A stretch of 64,000 nt of DNA from positions 372,001 to 436,000 of the forward strand of contig NIVC01000042.1 of the NCBI GenBank assembly GCA_002269645.1. The letters run 5' to 3'. Of the stretch, positions 13,485 through 26,220 are shown piece after piece (within the stretch, counting starts at the first letter, position 1; each line of letters starts with the position of its first letter). Source of the DNA: Macrostomum lignano (taxonomy: Eukaryota). A model generated the notes under the pieces. The model saw only the letters and a program-made list of their open reading frames with translations, did no database searches and was not told where the DNA came from. Both the position numbers and the translations under genes were made by a program.

Positions 13485-14770
13485 GGTGGCACAGATTGTC
13501 AGAGGGGGCGCAGATTATCAGAGGTGGCGCAGATTATCAGGGGTGGCGCAGATTATCAGGGGTGGCGCAGATTATCAGGGGTGGCGCAGATTATCAAGGG
13601 TGGCGCAGATTATCAGGGGTAGCACAGATTATCAGGGGTGGCACAGATTATCAGGGGTGGCACAGATTATCAAGGGTGGCGCAGATTATCAGGGGTAGCA
13701 CAGATTATCAGGGGTAGCACAGATTATCAGAGGTGGCGCAGATTATCAGGGGTGGCACAGATTATCAGGGGTGGCGCAGATTATCAGGGGTGGCGCAGAT
13801 TATCAAGGGTGGCGCAGATTATCAGGGGTAGCACAGATTATCAGGGGTGGCACAGATTATCAGGGGTGGCGCAGATTATCAAGGGTGGCGCAGATTATCA
13901 GGGGTAGCACAGATTATCAGGGGTGGCGCAGATTATCAAGGGTGGCGCAGATTATCAGGGGTAGCACAGATTATCAAGGGTGGCGCAGATTATCAGGGGT
14001 GGCACAGATTATCAGGGGTGGCGCAGATTATCAGGGGTGGCGCAGATTATCAGGGGTGGCGCAGATTATCAAGGGTGGCGCAGATTATCAGGGGTGGCGC
14101 AGATTATCAGGGGTGGCGCAGATTATCAAGGGTGGCGCAGATTATCAGGGGTGGCGCAGATTATCAAGGGTGGCGCAGATTATCAAGGGTGGCGCAGATT
14201 ATCAGGGGTGGCGCAGATTATCAAGGGTGGCGCAGATTATCAAGGGTGGCGCAGATTATCAGGGGTGGCGCAGATTATCAAGGGTGGCGCAGATTATCAA
14301 GGGTGGCGCAGATTATCAGGGGTAGCACAGATTATCAAGGGTGGCGCAGATTATCAGGGGTAGCACAGATTATCAAAGGTGGCGCAGATTATCAGGGGTA
14401 GCACAGATTATCAAGGGTGGCGCAGATTATCAGGGGTAGCACAGATTATCAGGGGTGGCGCAGATTATCAGGGGTAGCACAGATTATCAGGGGTGGCGCA
14501 GATTATCAGGGGTAGCACAGATTATCAAGGGTGGCACAGATTATCAGGGGTAGCGCAGATTATCAGGGGTGGCGCAGATTATCAGGGGTAGCACAGATTA
14601 TCAAGGGTGGCACAGATTATCAGGGGTAGCACAGATTATCAAGGGTGGCACAGATTATCAAGGGTGGCACAGATTATCAGGGGTAGCACAGATTATCAAG
14701 GGTGGCGCAGATTATCAGGGGTAGCACAGATTATCAGGGGTGGCGCAGATTATCAGGGGTAGCACAGATT
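13485..14770. repeat. 19-bp minisatellite (GCAGATTATCAGGGGTGGC)n
   Basis: More than 60 tandem units. Confidence 0.97.
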
Positions 14771-15004
14771 ATTAGTGCCCTCAGGACCCTCAGGTTATTA
14801 GCTCGCAGTAGAAACTGCAGAAACCGGCAAAACGTAGGAAGGTAACAATACTGCTCAATGATGCTTCTGTGTTTGGGGTCCTCATATGTTTGACTATAGA
14901 GAGCCGCCATTCTGACAATTCTCTCTTTGGACCACTGTTATTCTGAGGACCTCTGTCTTCAGTGGGCTGCTGCAATACCCTCTGGTCCTTCAGGTAAGAG
15001 ATTA

Positions 15005-15908
15005 GATTTTAGCGTAAATTGAGCGCCGCAGACTAGATTTTAGCGCCAATAAAGCACCCAGACTAGATTTTAGCGCCAATCAAGCACCCAGACTAGATTT
15101 TAGCGCCAATAAAGCACCCAGACTAGATTTTAGCGCCAATCAAGCACCCAGACTAGATTTTAGCGCCAATCAAGCACCCAGACTAGATTTTAGCGCCAAT
15201 CAAGCACCCAGACTAGATTTTAGCGCCAATTAAGCGCCGTAGAATAGATTTTAGCGCCAATTAAGCGCCGCAGAATAGATTTTAGCGCCAATCAAGCGCC
15301 GCAGAATAGATTTTAGCACCAATCAAGCGCCTCAGAATAGATTTTAGCGCCAATCAAGCGCCGCAGAATAGATTTTAGCACCAATCAAGCGCCTCAGAAT
15401 AGATTTTAGCGCCAATCAAGCGCCTCAGAATAGATTTTAGCACCAATCAAGCGCCTCAGAATAGATTTTAGCGCCAATCAAGCGCCTCAGAATAGATTTT
15501 AGCACCAATCAAGCGCCTCAGAATAGATTTTAGCGCCAATTAAGCGCCGCAGAATAGATTTTAGCGCCAATCAAGCGCCGCAGAACAGATTTTAGCGCCA
15601 ATTAAGCGCCGCAGAATAGATTTTAGCGCCAATCAAGCGCCGCAGAATAGATTTTAGCACCAATCAAGCGCCTCAGAATAGATTTTAGCGCCAATCAAGC
15701 GCCTCAGAATAGATTTTAGCGCCAATCAAGCGCCGCAGAATAGATTTTAGCGCCAATTAAGCGCCGCAGAATAGATTTTAGCGCCAATCAAGCGCCGCAG
15801 AATAGATTTTAGCGCCAATTAAGCGCCGCAGAATAGATTTTAGCGCCAATCAAGCGCCGCAGAATAGATTTTAGCGCCAATTAAGCGCCGCAGAATAGAT
15901 TTTAGCGC
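15005..15908. repeat. 30/31-bp minisatellite (AGAATAGATTTTAGCGCCAATCAAGCGCCGC)n
   Basis: Tandem units switching from a 30-bp to a 31-bp variant. Confidence 0.95.
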
Positions 15909-15997
15909 AAGACAAATAAATAAAGTAAGATTTTTAGTGCGCCCAAAACATATTTATTTTTTCCTGGGGGTCCCTGACCATCTTGACCAACCTTGAC

Positions 15998-18048
15998 ATG
16001 GCCCGGGGGGCAGCATTCCATTCTTCTTCGTTGGTTGACTTATCGAATAGTCGGGAAGCCAACAACCCCCTCCCTGGCCGCCAGCCTAATCCTATTGGCT
16101 CCCGAACTGGGAAACTCAAGCTCTCCCCCAAGTTCCCAACCGCTATAAAGATCTCCGCGTACGCTCCGCATCCGTAAACCCTTCTTGCGCTTCTAAAGCA
16201 ATTTTCAAAACAACAGGCTATTATACACACTGAAATTCTTGTTATTGATAGAATCATGTCTTCTCCTAGCAGCAACAGCAGCAGCCTGTGCGAATTTTCG
16301 ATCAATGGCCGAGTAAGTCTAATTATTAGTACATATTTGCCTATTTCTAATAATTGCATTTGTGTTAGGATGCTCAGCTCAGCTTACTTATAATAACTCT
16401 CAAATCAACTCCTCAACTTGCTTGCAGCCTCGCAAGTCAATCTCTCCGGAATTGGAGCCGGCGAAGCACAAAACCGAAATGTGCAAACACTACGAGGTTA
16501 GTTTGTATTTGCCACTATTATGTATGATACGCAACTCTATTCTCAATAATCAGCCACTCTACTCTCAATAATCAGCCACTCTATTCTCAATAATCAGCCA
16601 CTCTATTCTCAACAATCCGCTCACTCTATTCTCAACAATCCGCTCACTCTATTCTCTATAATCGGCCACTCTATTCTCAACAATCCGCTCACTCTATTCT
16701 CAACAATCCGCTCACTCTATTCTCTATAATCGGCCACTCTATTCTCAACAATCCGCTCACTCTATTCTCAACAATCCGCTCACTCTATTCTCTATAATCG
16801 GCCACTCTATTCTCAATAATCAGCCACTCTATTCTCAATAATCGGCCACTCTATTCTCAACAATCCGCTCACTCTATTCTCTATAATCGGCCACTCTATT
16901 CTCAATAATCGGCCACTCTATTCTCAATAATCGGCCACTCTATTCTCAATAATCGGCCACTCTATTCTCAACAATCCGCTCACTCTATTCTCTATAATCG
17001 GCCACTCTATTCTCAATAATCGTCCACTCTATTCTCAATAATCGGCCACTCTATTCTCAATAATCGGCCACTCTATTCTCAATAATCGGCCACTCTATTC
17101 TCAATAATCGGCCACTCTATTCTCAATAATCCGCCCTCTATTCTCTATAATCAGCCACTCTATTCTCAATAATCAGCCACTCTATTCTCAATAATCAGCC
17201 ACTCTATTCTCAATAATCAGCCACTCTATTCTCAATAATCAGCCACTCTATTCTCAATAATCAGCCACTCTATTCTCAATAATCAGCCACTCTATTCTCA
17301 ATAATCAGCCACTCTATTCTCAATAATCAGCCACTCTATTCTCAATAATCAGCCACTCTATTCTCAATAATCAGCCACTCTATTCTCAATAATCAGCCAC
17401 TCTATTCTCAATAATCCGCCCACTCTAATCTCAATAATCCGGCCACTCTATTCTCAATAATCCGCCACTCTATTCTCAATAATCCGCCACTCTATCTCAA
17501 TAATCCGCCACTCTATTCTCAATAATCCGCCCACTCGATTCTCAATAATCCGCCCACTCGATTCTCAATAATCCGCCCTCTTTTCTCGATAATCCGCCAC
17601 TCTATTCTTGATAATCCGCCACGATCTATTCTCTATAATCCAACAACTCAATTCTCGACAAACCGCCACTTTGCTCTCTATAATCCGCCCCTCTATTCTC
17701 TACAATATGCCACTGTACTCTCTATAATTCGCCGGATTCCGCCCTTCTATTCTCTACATTCCGCCCCTCTACTCTTTACAATCCGCCCCACTATTGTCTT
17801 TAATCCGCTGTCAATTTCTCACAGCTCTCACCCCTCCCACTAAATACTAATCGCGTCTACCCCCAACCCGAAACCGCCACACGCAGATGCAGAAGACCTG
17901 CCCATTCGGCAGTCGCTGTGCTTTCGCGCACGAGCCACATGAGTTACTGACGCGCGATAGGCCACAGAAGTATAAAACAGTGAAGTGTGTCCAATTTCAC
18001 ACAAGTGGCTTCTGCGTCTACGGCCGCCGATGCCACTTTATTCATTAA
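15998..18048 (+). CDS. Tis11/ZFP36-family tandem CCCH zinc-finger RNA-binding protein
   Basis: Proposed exons 15998-16173, 16252-16312, 16383-16496, 17887-18048 (phase-consistent, ~170 aa; the first two exons are less certain). Spliced product [64 protein letters not shown]: canonical CX8CX5CX3H-X18-CX8CX5CX3H with KHKTEM/KYKTVK lead-ins. Confidence 0.9.
16540..17800. repeat. 22-bp intronic minisatellite (ACTCTATTCTCAATAATCAGCC)n, degenerating 3'
   Basis: Fills almost the entire intron 16497-17886. Confidence 0.95.
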
Positions 18049-19899
18049 TTAACAATACTTACCGCTGACTTAGGGCCAACAATAAATTAATTATCAAGCC
18101 CAGGAATTAAAATAATTCGGCCGTAGTCAGTCAAAGAATGTAATAAATAAATTTCAACTTATGAAATATCCAAAAAAACCAATATCCAGTCACAATCTGT
18201 CTGTTTATAATTGATTTTAATTTGTGAATTGTATGCTGGTTATTTTGTTGATCTATTCGCTATTTTTAACCTCAAATTTTTATGTGTATATAAGTAGTAA
18301 TTGCTGCATTTTCATGTTATCTGTTTCCTTAGTTTGTCTAATTTTTAGCAAATGTGTCTTCTGTAAAAAGCAAATACGGTAGCTACTAGTAGCATTTAAA
18401 TAATTGCACTCGTATAAATATTTCTTTTCTTTCAACAAAACTACTCCGCTATTAACCTTCAGTAGCATGTTGCAGTCAGCACCTGTTTAATTTAATGTTG
18501 CTCGTATTCACCACTAGTATAACTTCTATATTTTTATTATAAAGGTTTGTCTAAAAAAACATATGCCGTCATTCTCTTGCCTTATTTGTAATATATTTTA
18601 TTTGTCAGTTGTAGTAGTAAATGCCGCATTTCTCTGATTAATTGCTTTTTGTAATTATTTTTTGTACATCTTTAATACGTGTAATTCTAAGAAATGTATC
18701 TTAATTAGTAAGTCCAACAGCTATTTTTATATTTAAGTTGACTTAGTGGCTAAATAATAAACCTGTATGGTCATTTATCGAACAGTATGTAATTGTACAT
18801 TTTAAAATGTTTGTTAATGTATTTTATACCAGTATACGTTTATGTACATCATTGTTTAAGCTAGCCTAATGATGGAGCTGAGAGATCCCATCCAAATGAA
18901 CAGAGGGTAGCGAAAGCTCACACAGGATCTCGGACTCTCGGAGTGCTGTGATGTACATGTAAAAGTGCAACACGAAAATTACAAACACATACAGGTTTAA
19001 CATTCTGTCACCATGCAGTCTTAGTAATATTTCTAAATATCGAAATTCTGAAGACTCTATAGTGCCTTCACACCCTCATGTATATCTATTCACGCATTGC
19101 CCCTTCACTAATTGACACATTATTCAAATATTCACTCTTTCCTCTTCACACCTTCACGTACATGTACATGCATTCACCCTTTAACCATTCACACATAAAT
19201 GTATATTCACCTTCACATAATCTCATTCACTTAAATTCACCTCCATCCATTCACAAAATTGCACATACATGTATATATATGTATTCACCACTTCACTCAT
19301 TCACATTAGTTCCTTCACCCATTCACATATCCATCCCTTAACCCATTCACACATTCAACCCTTCACCATGTACGAGTACATGTAGCTCGCATAAGGTGTG
19401 AGAAAACCGGTTGTGCCTGCATTTATGAATATTTTATCAATACTCTTACAACACCGGCTGCTTGATGATTAGTCTAGTACATGTACATGTAGGTCATGTG
19501 CGAAATTTTGATTTTTACTAGACTTCTGTGGCAACCGAAAAAGATGCTAGGTATATTTTTCTATGTAATTAAGCATTCATTTCGAAATTGATTATCTCGA
19601 GTCATATAGTCATACACAAATGACAATACACAGTATATAGTTTTAATAATTTATTCATTCAAATATTACAACAAAACAGGAAAAACAACTAAAAACTTTG
19701 AATACGAGCCAAAGATAATATGAAACGTGTACAATAATATGCGTACATTAGCTTAAAAAATGTGCTTGGTCTGACTGTCAATTCAACAGCTATAACAATA
19801 GTAATGAGTTCTATCTGCTTTTACGGTGTGTTTTGACTGGTAAAAAATTATTGTTTCAGACTATTTTAAACCAAATCACAAATAAACATCTTTCTTAAG

Positions 19900-20932
19900 T
19901 GTTTGCTGCTGCTGCCCTCTTTCCCATCCTTCAGTGCCCGCTGCTGCTGCCCTCCCTCCCATCCTTCAGTGCCCGCTGCTGCTGCCCTCCCTCCCATCCT
20001 TCAGTGCCCGCTGCTGCTGCCCTCCCTCCCATCCTTCAGTGCCCGCTGCTGCTGCCCTCCCTCCCATCCTTCAGTGCCCGCTGCTGCTGCCCTCCCTCCC
20101 ATCGGTCAGTGCCCGCTGCTGTTGCCCTACCATCCTTCAGTGCCCGCTGCTGTTGCCCTCCGATCCTTCAGTGCCCGCTGCTGTTGCCCTCCGATCCTTC
20201 AGTGCCCGCTGCTGCTTCCCTCCGATCCTTCAGTGCCCGCTGCTGCTTCCCTCCGATCCTTCAGTGCCCGCTGCTGCTTCCCTCCCTCCGATCCTTCAGT
20301 GCCCGCTGCTGCTTCCCTCCCTCCGATCCTTCAGTGCCCGCTGCTGCTGCCCCCCTTCGATCCCTCAGTGCCCGCTGCTGCTGAACCCTCCGATCCCTCA
20401 GTGCCCGCTGCTGCCCTCCCTCCGATCCTTCAGTGCCCGCTGCTGCTGCCCCCCTCCGATCCTTCAGTGCCCGCTGCTGCTTCCCTCAGATCCTTCAGTG
20501 CCCGCTGCTGCTTCCCTCAGATCCTTCAGTGCCCGATGCTGCTGCCCCCCTCCGATCCCTCAGTGCCCGCTGCTGCTGCCCCCCCTCCGATCCCTCAGTG
20601 CCCGCTGCTGCCCCCCTCCGATCCCTCAGTGCCCGCTGCTGCTGCCCCCCTCCGATCCCTCAGTGCCCGCTGCTGCCCTCCCTCCGATCCTTCAGTGCCC
20701 GCTGCTGCTGCCCTCCCTCCGATCCTTCAGTGCCCGCTGCTGCTGCGCTCCGATCCTTCAGTGCCCTCTGCTGCTTCCCTCCGATCCTTCAGTGCCCGCT
20801 GCTGCTGCCCTCCCTCCGATCCTTCAGTGCCCGCTGCTGCTTCCCTCCGATCCTTCAGTGCCCTCTGCTGCTGCGCTCTGATCCTTCAGTGCCCGCTGCT
20901 GCCCTCCCTCCGATCCTTCTGCAGTGCCCGCT
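19900..20932. repeat. GC-rich variable ~25-31-bp minisatellite (CCCTCCGATCCTTCAGTGCCCGCTGCTGCTG)n
   Basis: Tandem units; ORFs in all three frames are repeat artefacts. Confidence 0.95.
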
Positions 20933-21304
20933 GGTGCTGAAGCGACCCAAAAAATTGTCAAAAGTTTTTTTTTTTAATAAGTCAAAAACAAATCCGTGCG
21001 CAAAATACTGACTGTTAGACTGAATAAAAGTGCGGTAACAGTGCTAAGCAAGTGAGTTGCTTGCAACTAAGCAAGTGAAGGAGTTTATAATAAAAATGAC
21101 AACATTAATAAAAGAGCTAAGCGTACAAGTACTACAGACAGCACTTATTGCTCACTATAAAGGATTAAATATTTAAACCATTCAGCATACCAATAAAACA
21201 AACTAAGCTTAAGAAATAACAGTAGACTATACGAGCTACTTCTACACGAATAGGCCAGGGTAAAATTCACAATGTTGTAGAATTTCTATTGCTAAGTCCG
21301 GTAA

Positions 21305-21735
21305 GAGCGGCTGCGAGTCTGGTAGATTGGCTGTGAATCTGGTAGAGTGGCTGTGAATCTGGTAGAGTGACTGTGAATCTGGTAGATTGGCTGTGAATCT
21401 GGTAGAGTGACTGTGAATCTGGTAGATTGGCTGTGAATCTGGTAGAGTGACTGTGAATCTGGTAGATTGGCTGTGAATCTGGTAGATTGGCTGTGAATCT
21501 GGTAGATTGGCTGTGAATCTGGTAGATTGGTATGAATCTGGTAGATTGGCTGTGAATCTGGTAGATTGGTATGAATCTGGTAGATTGGCTGTGAATCTGG
21601 TAGATTGGCTATGAATCTGGTAGATTGGCTGTGAATCTGGTAGAGTGACTGTGAATCTGGTAGATTGGCTGTGAATCTGGTAGATTGGCTGTGAATCTGG
21701 TAGAGTGACTGCAAAACTGGTAGAGCTGTCATAAA
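21305..21735. repeat. 20-bp minisatellite (GGCTGTGAATCTGGTAGATT)n
   Basis: Tandem units. Confidence 0.95.
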
Positions 21736-22285
21736 TCTGATATACCGAATCTGGTAGTGATCGTTACATTTCTAATTAGTGGTCTCTCATTTTAAGAATT
21801 TGCGGCGCATATCAGCAGCAAAATGTGAATGATATCCATAACAGAAGTATTTATATAACTAAAAGCGGCAAGCAGCAAAAGTTCAAAAGAAACAAGAAAT
21901 TAAATGTTTTTTTCAGGAAAGAAGAATCGAACAGTTTCAGCTGCAAGAGAGGCGCCCCGCTAGAAGCGTTGTAAGAATTAATCATTCGACCTAACTGACA
22001 CAAAGTATACAAACAGACTACTGCAAGTAGCAACAGAAGCTAAAATGTAAAAAAATGAGATAACTTTAGTAAAATCATTCGACATTATGTTCAGTTAAAT
22101 CAGATCTACTTCACAACAGAAGAAACAAGAAGAAACAATAAGCAACAGAGTCTGGGATCTCTTTTAGGAAAGAATGAATAGAAATGCATTCGGTGCACTT
22201 TTTTGATCGAACACAAAACAAAAAGAAAGAAATTTATTTGGGACTTGTGCACAAAAAATTTCCGGGTCATTGTCGTTTGATTCAC

Positions 22286-22612
22286 CCCCATGAGAGCCAA
22301 CCCCACCCCCATGAGAGCCAACCCCCACCCCATGAGAGCCAACCCCCACCCCATGAGAGCCAACCCCCACCCCATGAGAGCCAACCCCCACCCCCATGAG
22401 AGCCAACCCCCACCCCCATGAGAGCCAACCCCCACCCCCATGAGAGCCAACCCGCACCCCCATGAGAGCCAACCCGCACCCCCATGAGAGCCAACCCGCA
22501 CCCCCATGAGAGCCAACCCCCACCCCATGAGAGCCAACCCCACCCCCATGAGAGCCAACCCCCACCCCCATGAGAGCCAACCCGCACCCCCATGAGAGCC
22601 AACCCCCACCCC
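22286..22612. repeat. 20/21-bp minisatellite (CATGAGAGCCAACCCCCACCC)n derived from SINE body
   Basis: The unit equals SINE-internal GAGAGCCAACCCCCC and runs directly into SINE body sequence at ~22612. Confidence 0.9.
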
Positions 22613-22790
22613 AAGGCACAGAGACTGTACATGCCTGACGATTAGAAAGTCAGAGGGCCGCTGTACACCCTGTGTGAGCGTGTGTGTGAGTGCGTGTTGG
22701 CGCGCATGTATGTGCTCAGGAGTCAGCAGAATGGGGGCAGAATTGCCAAAGGCGTTGCGCCAGGTGCCCACAGCCCTCCTGCGAATATTT
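22590..22790 (+). mobile_element. Partial SINE copy (3' body)
   Basis: CCAAGGCACAG..TGTACATGCCTGACGATTAGAAAGTCAGAGGGCCGCTGTACACCCTGTGTGAG..GCGCGCATGTATGTGCTCAGGAGTCAGCAGAATGGG is the reverse complement of the homologous region at ~58990-59160. Confidence 0.75.
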
Positions 22791-22985
22791 AATAATGCTT
22801 TTAAAAACACCGATGCCCATTTTGGCCAGTGCGATTTCATGTTTCTTTAATCATTGTTACAGCACTTGGGAAAGTTTACATAAAGCAATTGCTGTTTCTT
22901 CCTGCAATCGTGATATGCAGGTAAATGTTTTTATTATTATTTAGTCAGATTCCGACCATTAACGCTAATGATACTACTGGGCTGT

Positions 22986-25900
22986 CTACTTATTGGCTGG
23001 GGCTCGTACGCTGAAATAGGGCACAGCGTCCTTGACAACCAGAGTGTGGCAGAATTCGCACACGTTGGCCTGCCGCTTACTTGGCCCAGAGGTGACGGTC
23101 TTGGCCGTGCAGTCCTGGCAGAACAGCTTCACGCAGTGCAGGCAGCGGCGCGGCTTTACAGTCAGGCTGAGGCCGCGACCGCAGGCGCCGCAGTTCGATG
23201 CGTCTTCGACGAATTGCCATCGCACCTGGCTCTCCTGCTGCCTGAGGTTCTCCAGCTGCATTTGCAGCGACTGTGAAAGCTCAACGAAGTCCTTCTGGAC
23301 GCTCTCCGAGTTCTGCAGCTCCGTCTGCTCGGAAAGGGAAAACGGAACTGCTGTTAGCTTAACAGTAGGAATGCCAAGCCATTTTCCGCCCGTCGAACTA
23401 CCAAGAGGGGGGAAAGAAATTCCCCCCCACCTACAATTTTGACCAAGGCTAGTGTGACCAACGAAGTCAGAACTGATGCAGACACATGTGATCGACGTGC
23501 TGATGAAATTTGGAGACTTGGCAAGGCTGCACTGAATACACTAGCGCTTATGGGAAAAATCCGACCTTCTGGCAGAATCGTCGAATATCTCGACGGTCCG
23601 GAGGGCTGGCGACTTGATTTTTGTTTGAGAAGGTGCGCAACAAAAAGTCAGCCCGTGCTCTTGAATTCCGTGTGCCTGCGTTTCTCCGTTCTAGAGCAGC
23701 AAAAAAATTGTCAGGGGGGGATTTCTTCCCTCTTGGTAGTTCTGCTGTTAATCTGTGCCACATCTCACTCGGTCACATCTCACTCTGTGTCGCATCTCAC
23801 TCTGTGTCACATCACACTCGGTCACATCTCACTCGGTCACATCTCACTCGGTCACATCTCACTCGGTCACATCTCACACGGTCACATCTCACTCCGTGCC
23901 GCATCTCACTCGGTCACATCTCACTCGGTCACATCTCACTCGGTCACATCTCACTCGGTCACATCTCACTCGGTCACATCTCACTCGGTCACATCTCACT
24001 CGGTCACATCTCACTCGGTCACATCTCACTCGGTCACATCTCACTCGGTCACATCTCACTCGGTCACATCTCACTCGGTCACATCTCACTCGGTCACATC
24101 TCACTCGGTCACATCTCACTCGGTCACATCTCACTCGGTCACATCTCACTCGGTCACATCTCACTCGGTCACATCTCACTCGGTCACATCTCACTCGGTC
24201 ACATCTCACTCGGTCACATCTCACTCGGTCACATCTCACTCGGTCACATCTCACTCTGTGCCACATCTCACTCGGTCACATCTCGCTCTGTGCCGCATCT
24301 CACTCTCATCATCCTGTCTCACCCTGCACGCATCACAATAGTTGAATAGTCCCAATATTTCCCAAGTCCGCTCTCACCTGCAGACAGGTGACCCGGTGCC
24401 TCAGCTCGGCATTATCAGTCTCAAGTCTGGCAGTCCTAGCTTTGAGTTCCGCCTCGCTAGCTCGCAGATTGGCTGCCACCTCTCTCGATTTCTCCTGCAA
24501 GCTGGCCAGCTGTGACTGGGCGGCCTCCTTAGCCGAGCGCTCCTTGGCCAGCTCCGAGCGCAGCCGGTCGCACCTGTCAGTCTCGGCCTGCAAGCACTCC
24601 TGCGTCTGGCGGAGCTGCTCAGATTCGCTCAATAATTTTTGCCGCTCAAAGTCTGCTTCGGATTTGTGGCGACGTTCGAGGTGCTCTCGGTTGACGCGCT
24701 CCGAGATGAGGTCCTCCTTGAGCTTGAGCACAAGCACCTGGCGGAGCAGAAGACCGCAACGTTAGTTCAGTAGAGGACCGGGAGTTCGGGACCAGTTTGT
24801 AGTGCATTAAAGTATCTTATGTACTTTCAGTGACTTTTTTGTACGCGATGATTTAACTATGTGAGATTTTAACTATGGGAGATTTTAACTATGGGAGATT
24901 TTAACTATGGGAGATTTTAACTATGGGAGATTTTAACTATGGGAGATTTTAACTATGGGAGATTTTAACTATGTGAGATTTTTACTATGGGAGATTTTAA
25001 CTATGGGAGATTTTAACTATGGGAGATTTTAACTATGGGAGATTTTAACTATGTGAGATTTTAACTATGGGAGATTTTAACTATGGGAGATTTTAACTAT
25101 GGGAGATTTTAACTATGGGAGATTTTAACTATGGGAGATTTTAACTATGGGAGATTTTGACTATGGGAAATTAAAGTATGGAAAATTCATGACAGTGATC
25201 TAGGATATTTTTAGCAAATATTTTGCCCAACCTGCAGTTCATCAGCCGCAGCCGGGATGTCCTCCAGCAGACCCTGCCGCAGCTTATCAGCGGAGTCGCG
25301 TCCGGAGGCTAGCAGGTCGTCGTACCAGCCCTGCAGCTGGTCGATGCCGTCCTGCAGCTGGTCGCGGTCGCGGATCAGGCAGCTCAGCTGGTCGCCGAGG
25401 CCGGACCGGCAAGCGTCAAGTTGGTCGCGCAGTTTCGTCACCCTGGCCGACGCTTCAGACAGCTGCTTGCTCAAATCGTCGAGTTTTTCAACGTGAGCAG
25501 CGTCGGAACGACGACAGGCCGAGTCCAGACGTTCGAGAGCGTCGGCTAATTCAGCCGCGCGGGCTGCCTCGCGCTGACGGCCAGCGGCTTCGGCAGCAGC
25601 GTCGGCTTCAGCCTGATGTTGGGCGGAGCGGAGACGGCGAATCTCGGCGCGCCAGCTCTGGCACATCAGGCAGCGGGCGGCCGCTGCGGCTGCGGCCACT
25701 GCGGCGACGGTTAGGTGGAGAGGGAGGTTCAAACTTAATAAATCATCTTGGCCCAGTTTCTAGTAGCGATCTATGCAGGTTGACATGTTGTCATAGGTTG
25801 TCATAGTTTCTGAAAGCGCGCCTTAGCTAGCAATGATATAAAATCATGCATTTTTTATTTTTTAGAACTAATCTTATAGTTGTTTCTCTGAAATTTATTA

Positions 25901-26220
25901 TTTTGGCTGCTTATGAGAAGTTACTACTTTGGAAGCCAATGAACCCTTTAAAATTTTAAACCAGAGCCACATAACATGAGCTTACCCATCATGGACTGGC
26001 TTTTTGAAAATCCATCACCAGTGAAATTGGTTAATGACTGCCATCTATGTTGCTGTTGATCACCTTGGGTATTTATCAAACCATCTGAGCTCCCACTGCT
26101 TGTAGTGCCAATTTTTAGATTAGGACAAGAGGAAGACAATGCTGATGATGAAGCCAAAGGAATAAATTTTCTAGACTTATTGGCATATTCCTTAGACTGC
26201 TGTTGCTCTGCTGAATCCAT
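22986..26220 (-). CDS. Rabaptin-5 (RABEP1)-like Rab effector with coiled coil and C-terminal FYVE-like domain; 5' end possibly incomplete
   Basis: Exons (minus) 26220-25986, 25698-25232, 24737-24378, 23324-22986, phase-consistent with GT-AG ends. TELQNSESVQKDFVELSQSLQMQLENLRQ matches the Rabaptin C-terminal Rab5-binding helix, followed by WQFVED..CGAC..CLHCVKLFCQDC..SGP..VCEFCHTL. Confidence 0.82.
23757..24305. repeat. 15-bp intronic minisatellite (CACATCTCACTCGGT)n
   Basis: More than 30 near-perfect units in a Rabaptin intron. Confidence 0.97.
24850..25170. repeat. 16-bp intronic minisatellite (GATTTTAACTATGGGA)n
   Basis: About 19 units in a Rabaptin intron. Confidence 0.97.

Noticed and set aside
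13485-14770. CRISPR-like appearance of regular repeats
   Set aside because: Units are head-to-tail with no unique spacers, there are no cas genes, and the context is eukaryotic.
18049-18850. AU-rich elements for Tis11 autoregulation in the putative 3' UTR
   Set aside because: Only scattered ATTTA pentamers, as expected in AT-rich DNA; no clustered AREs.
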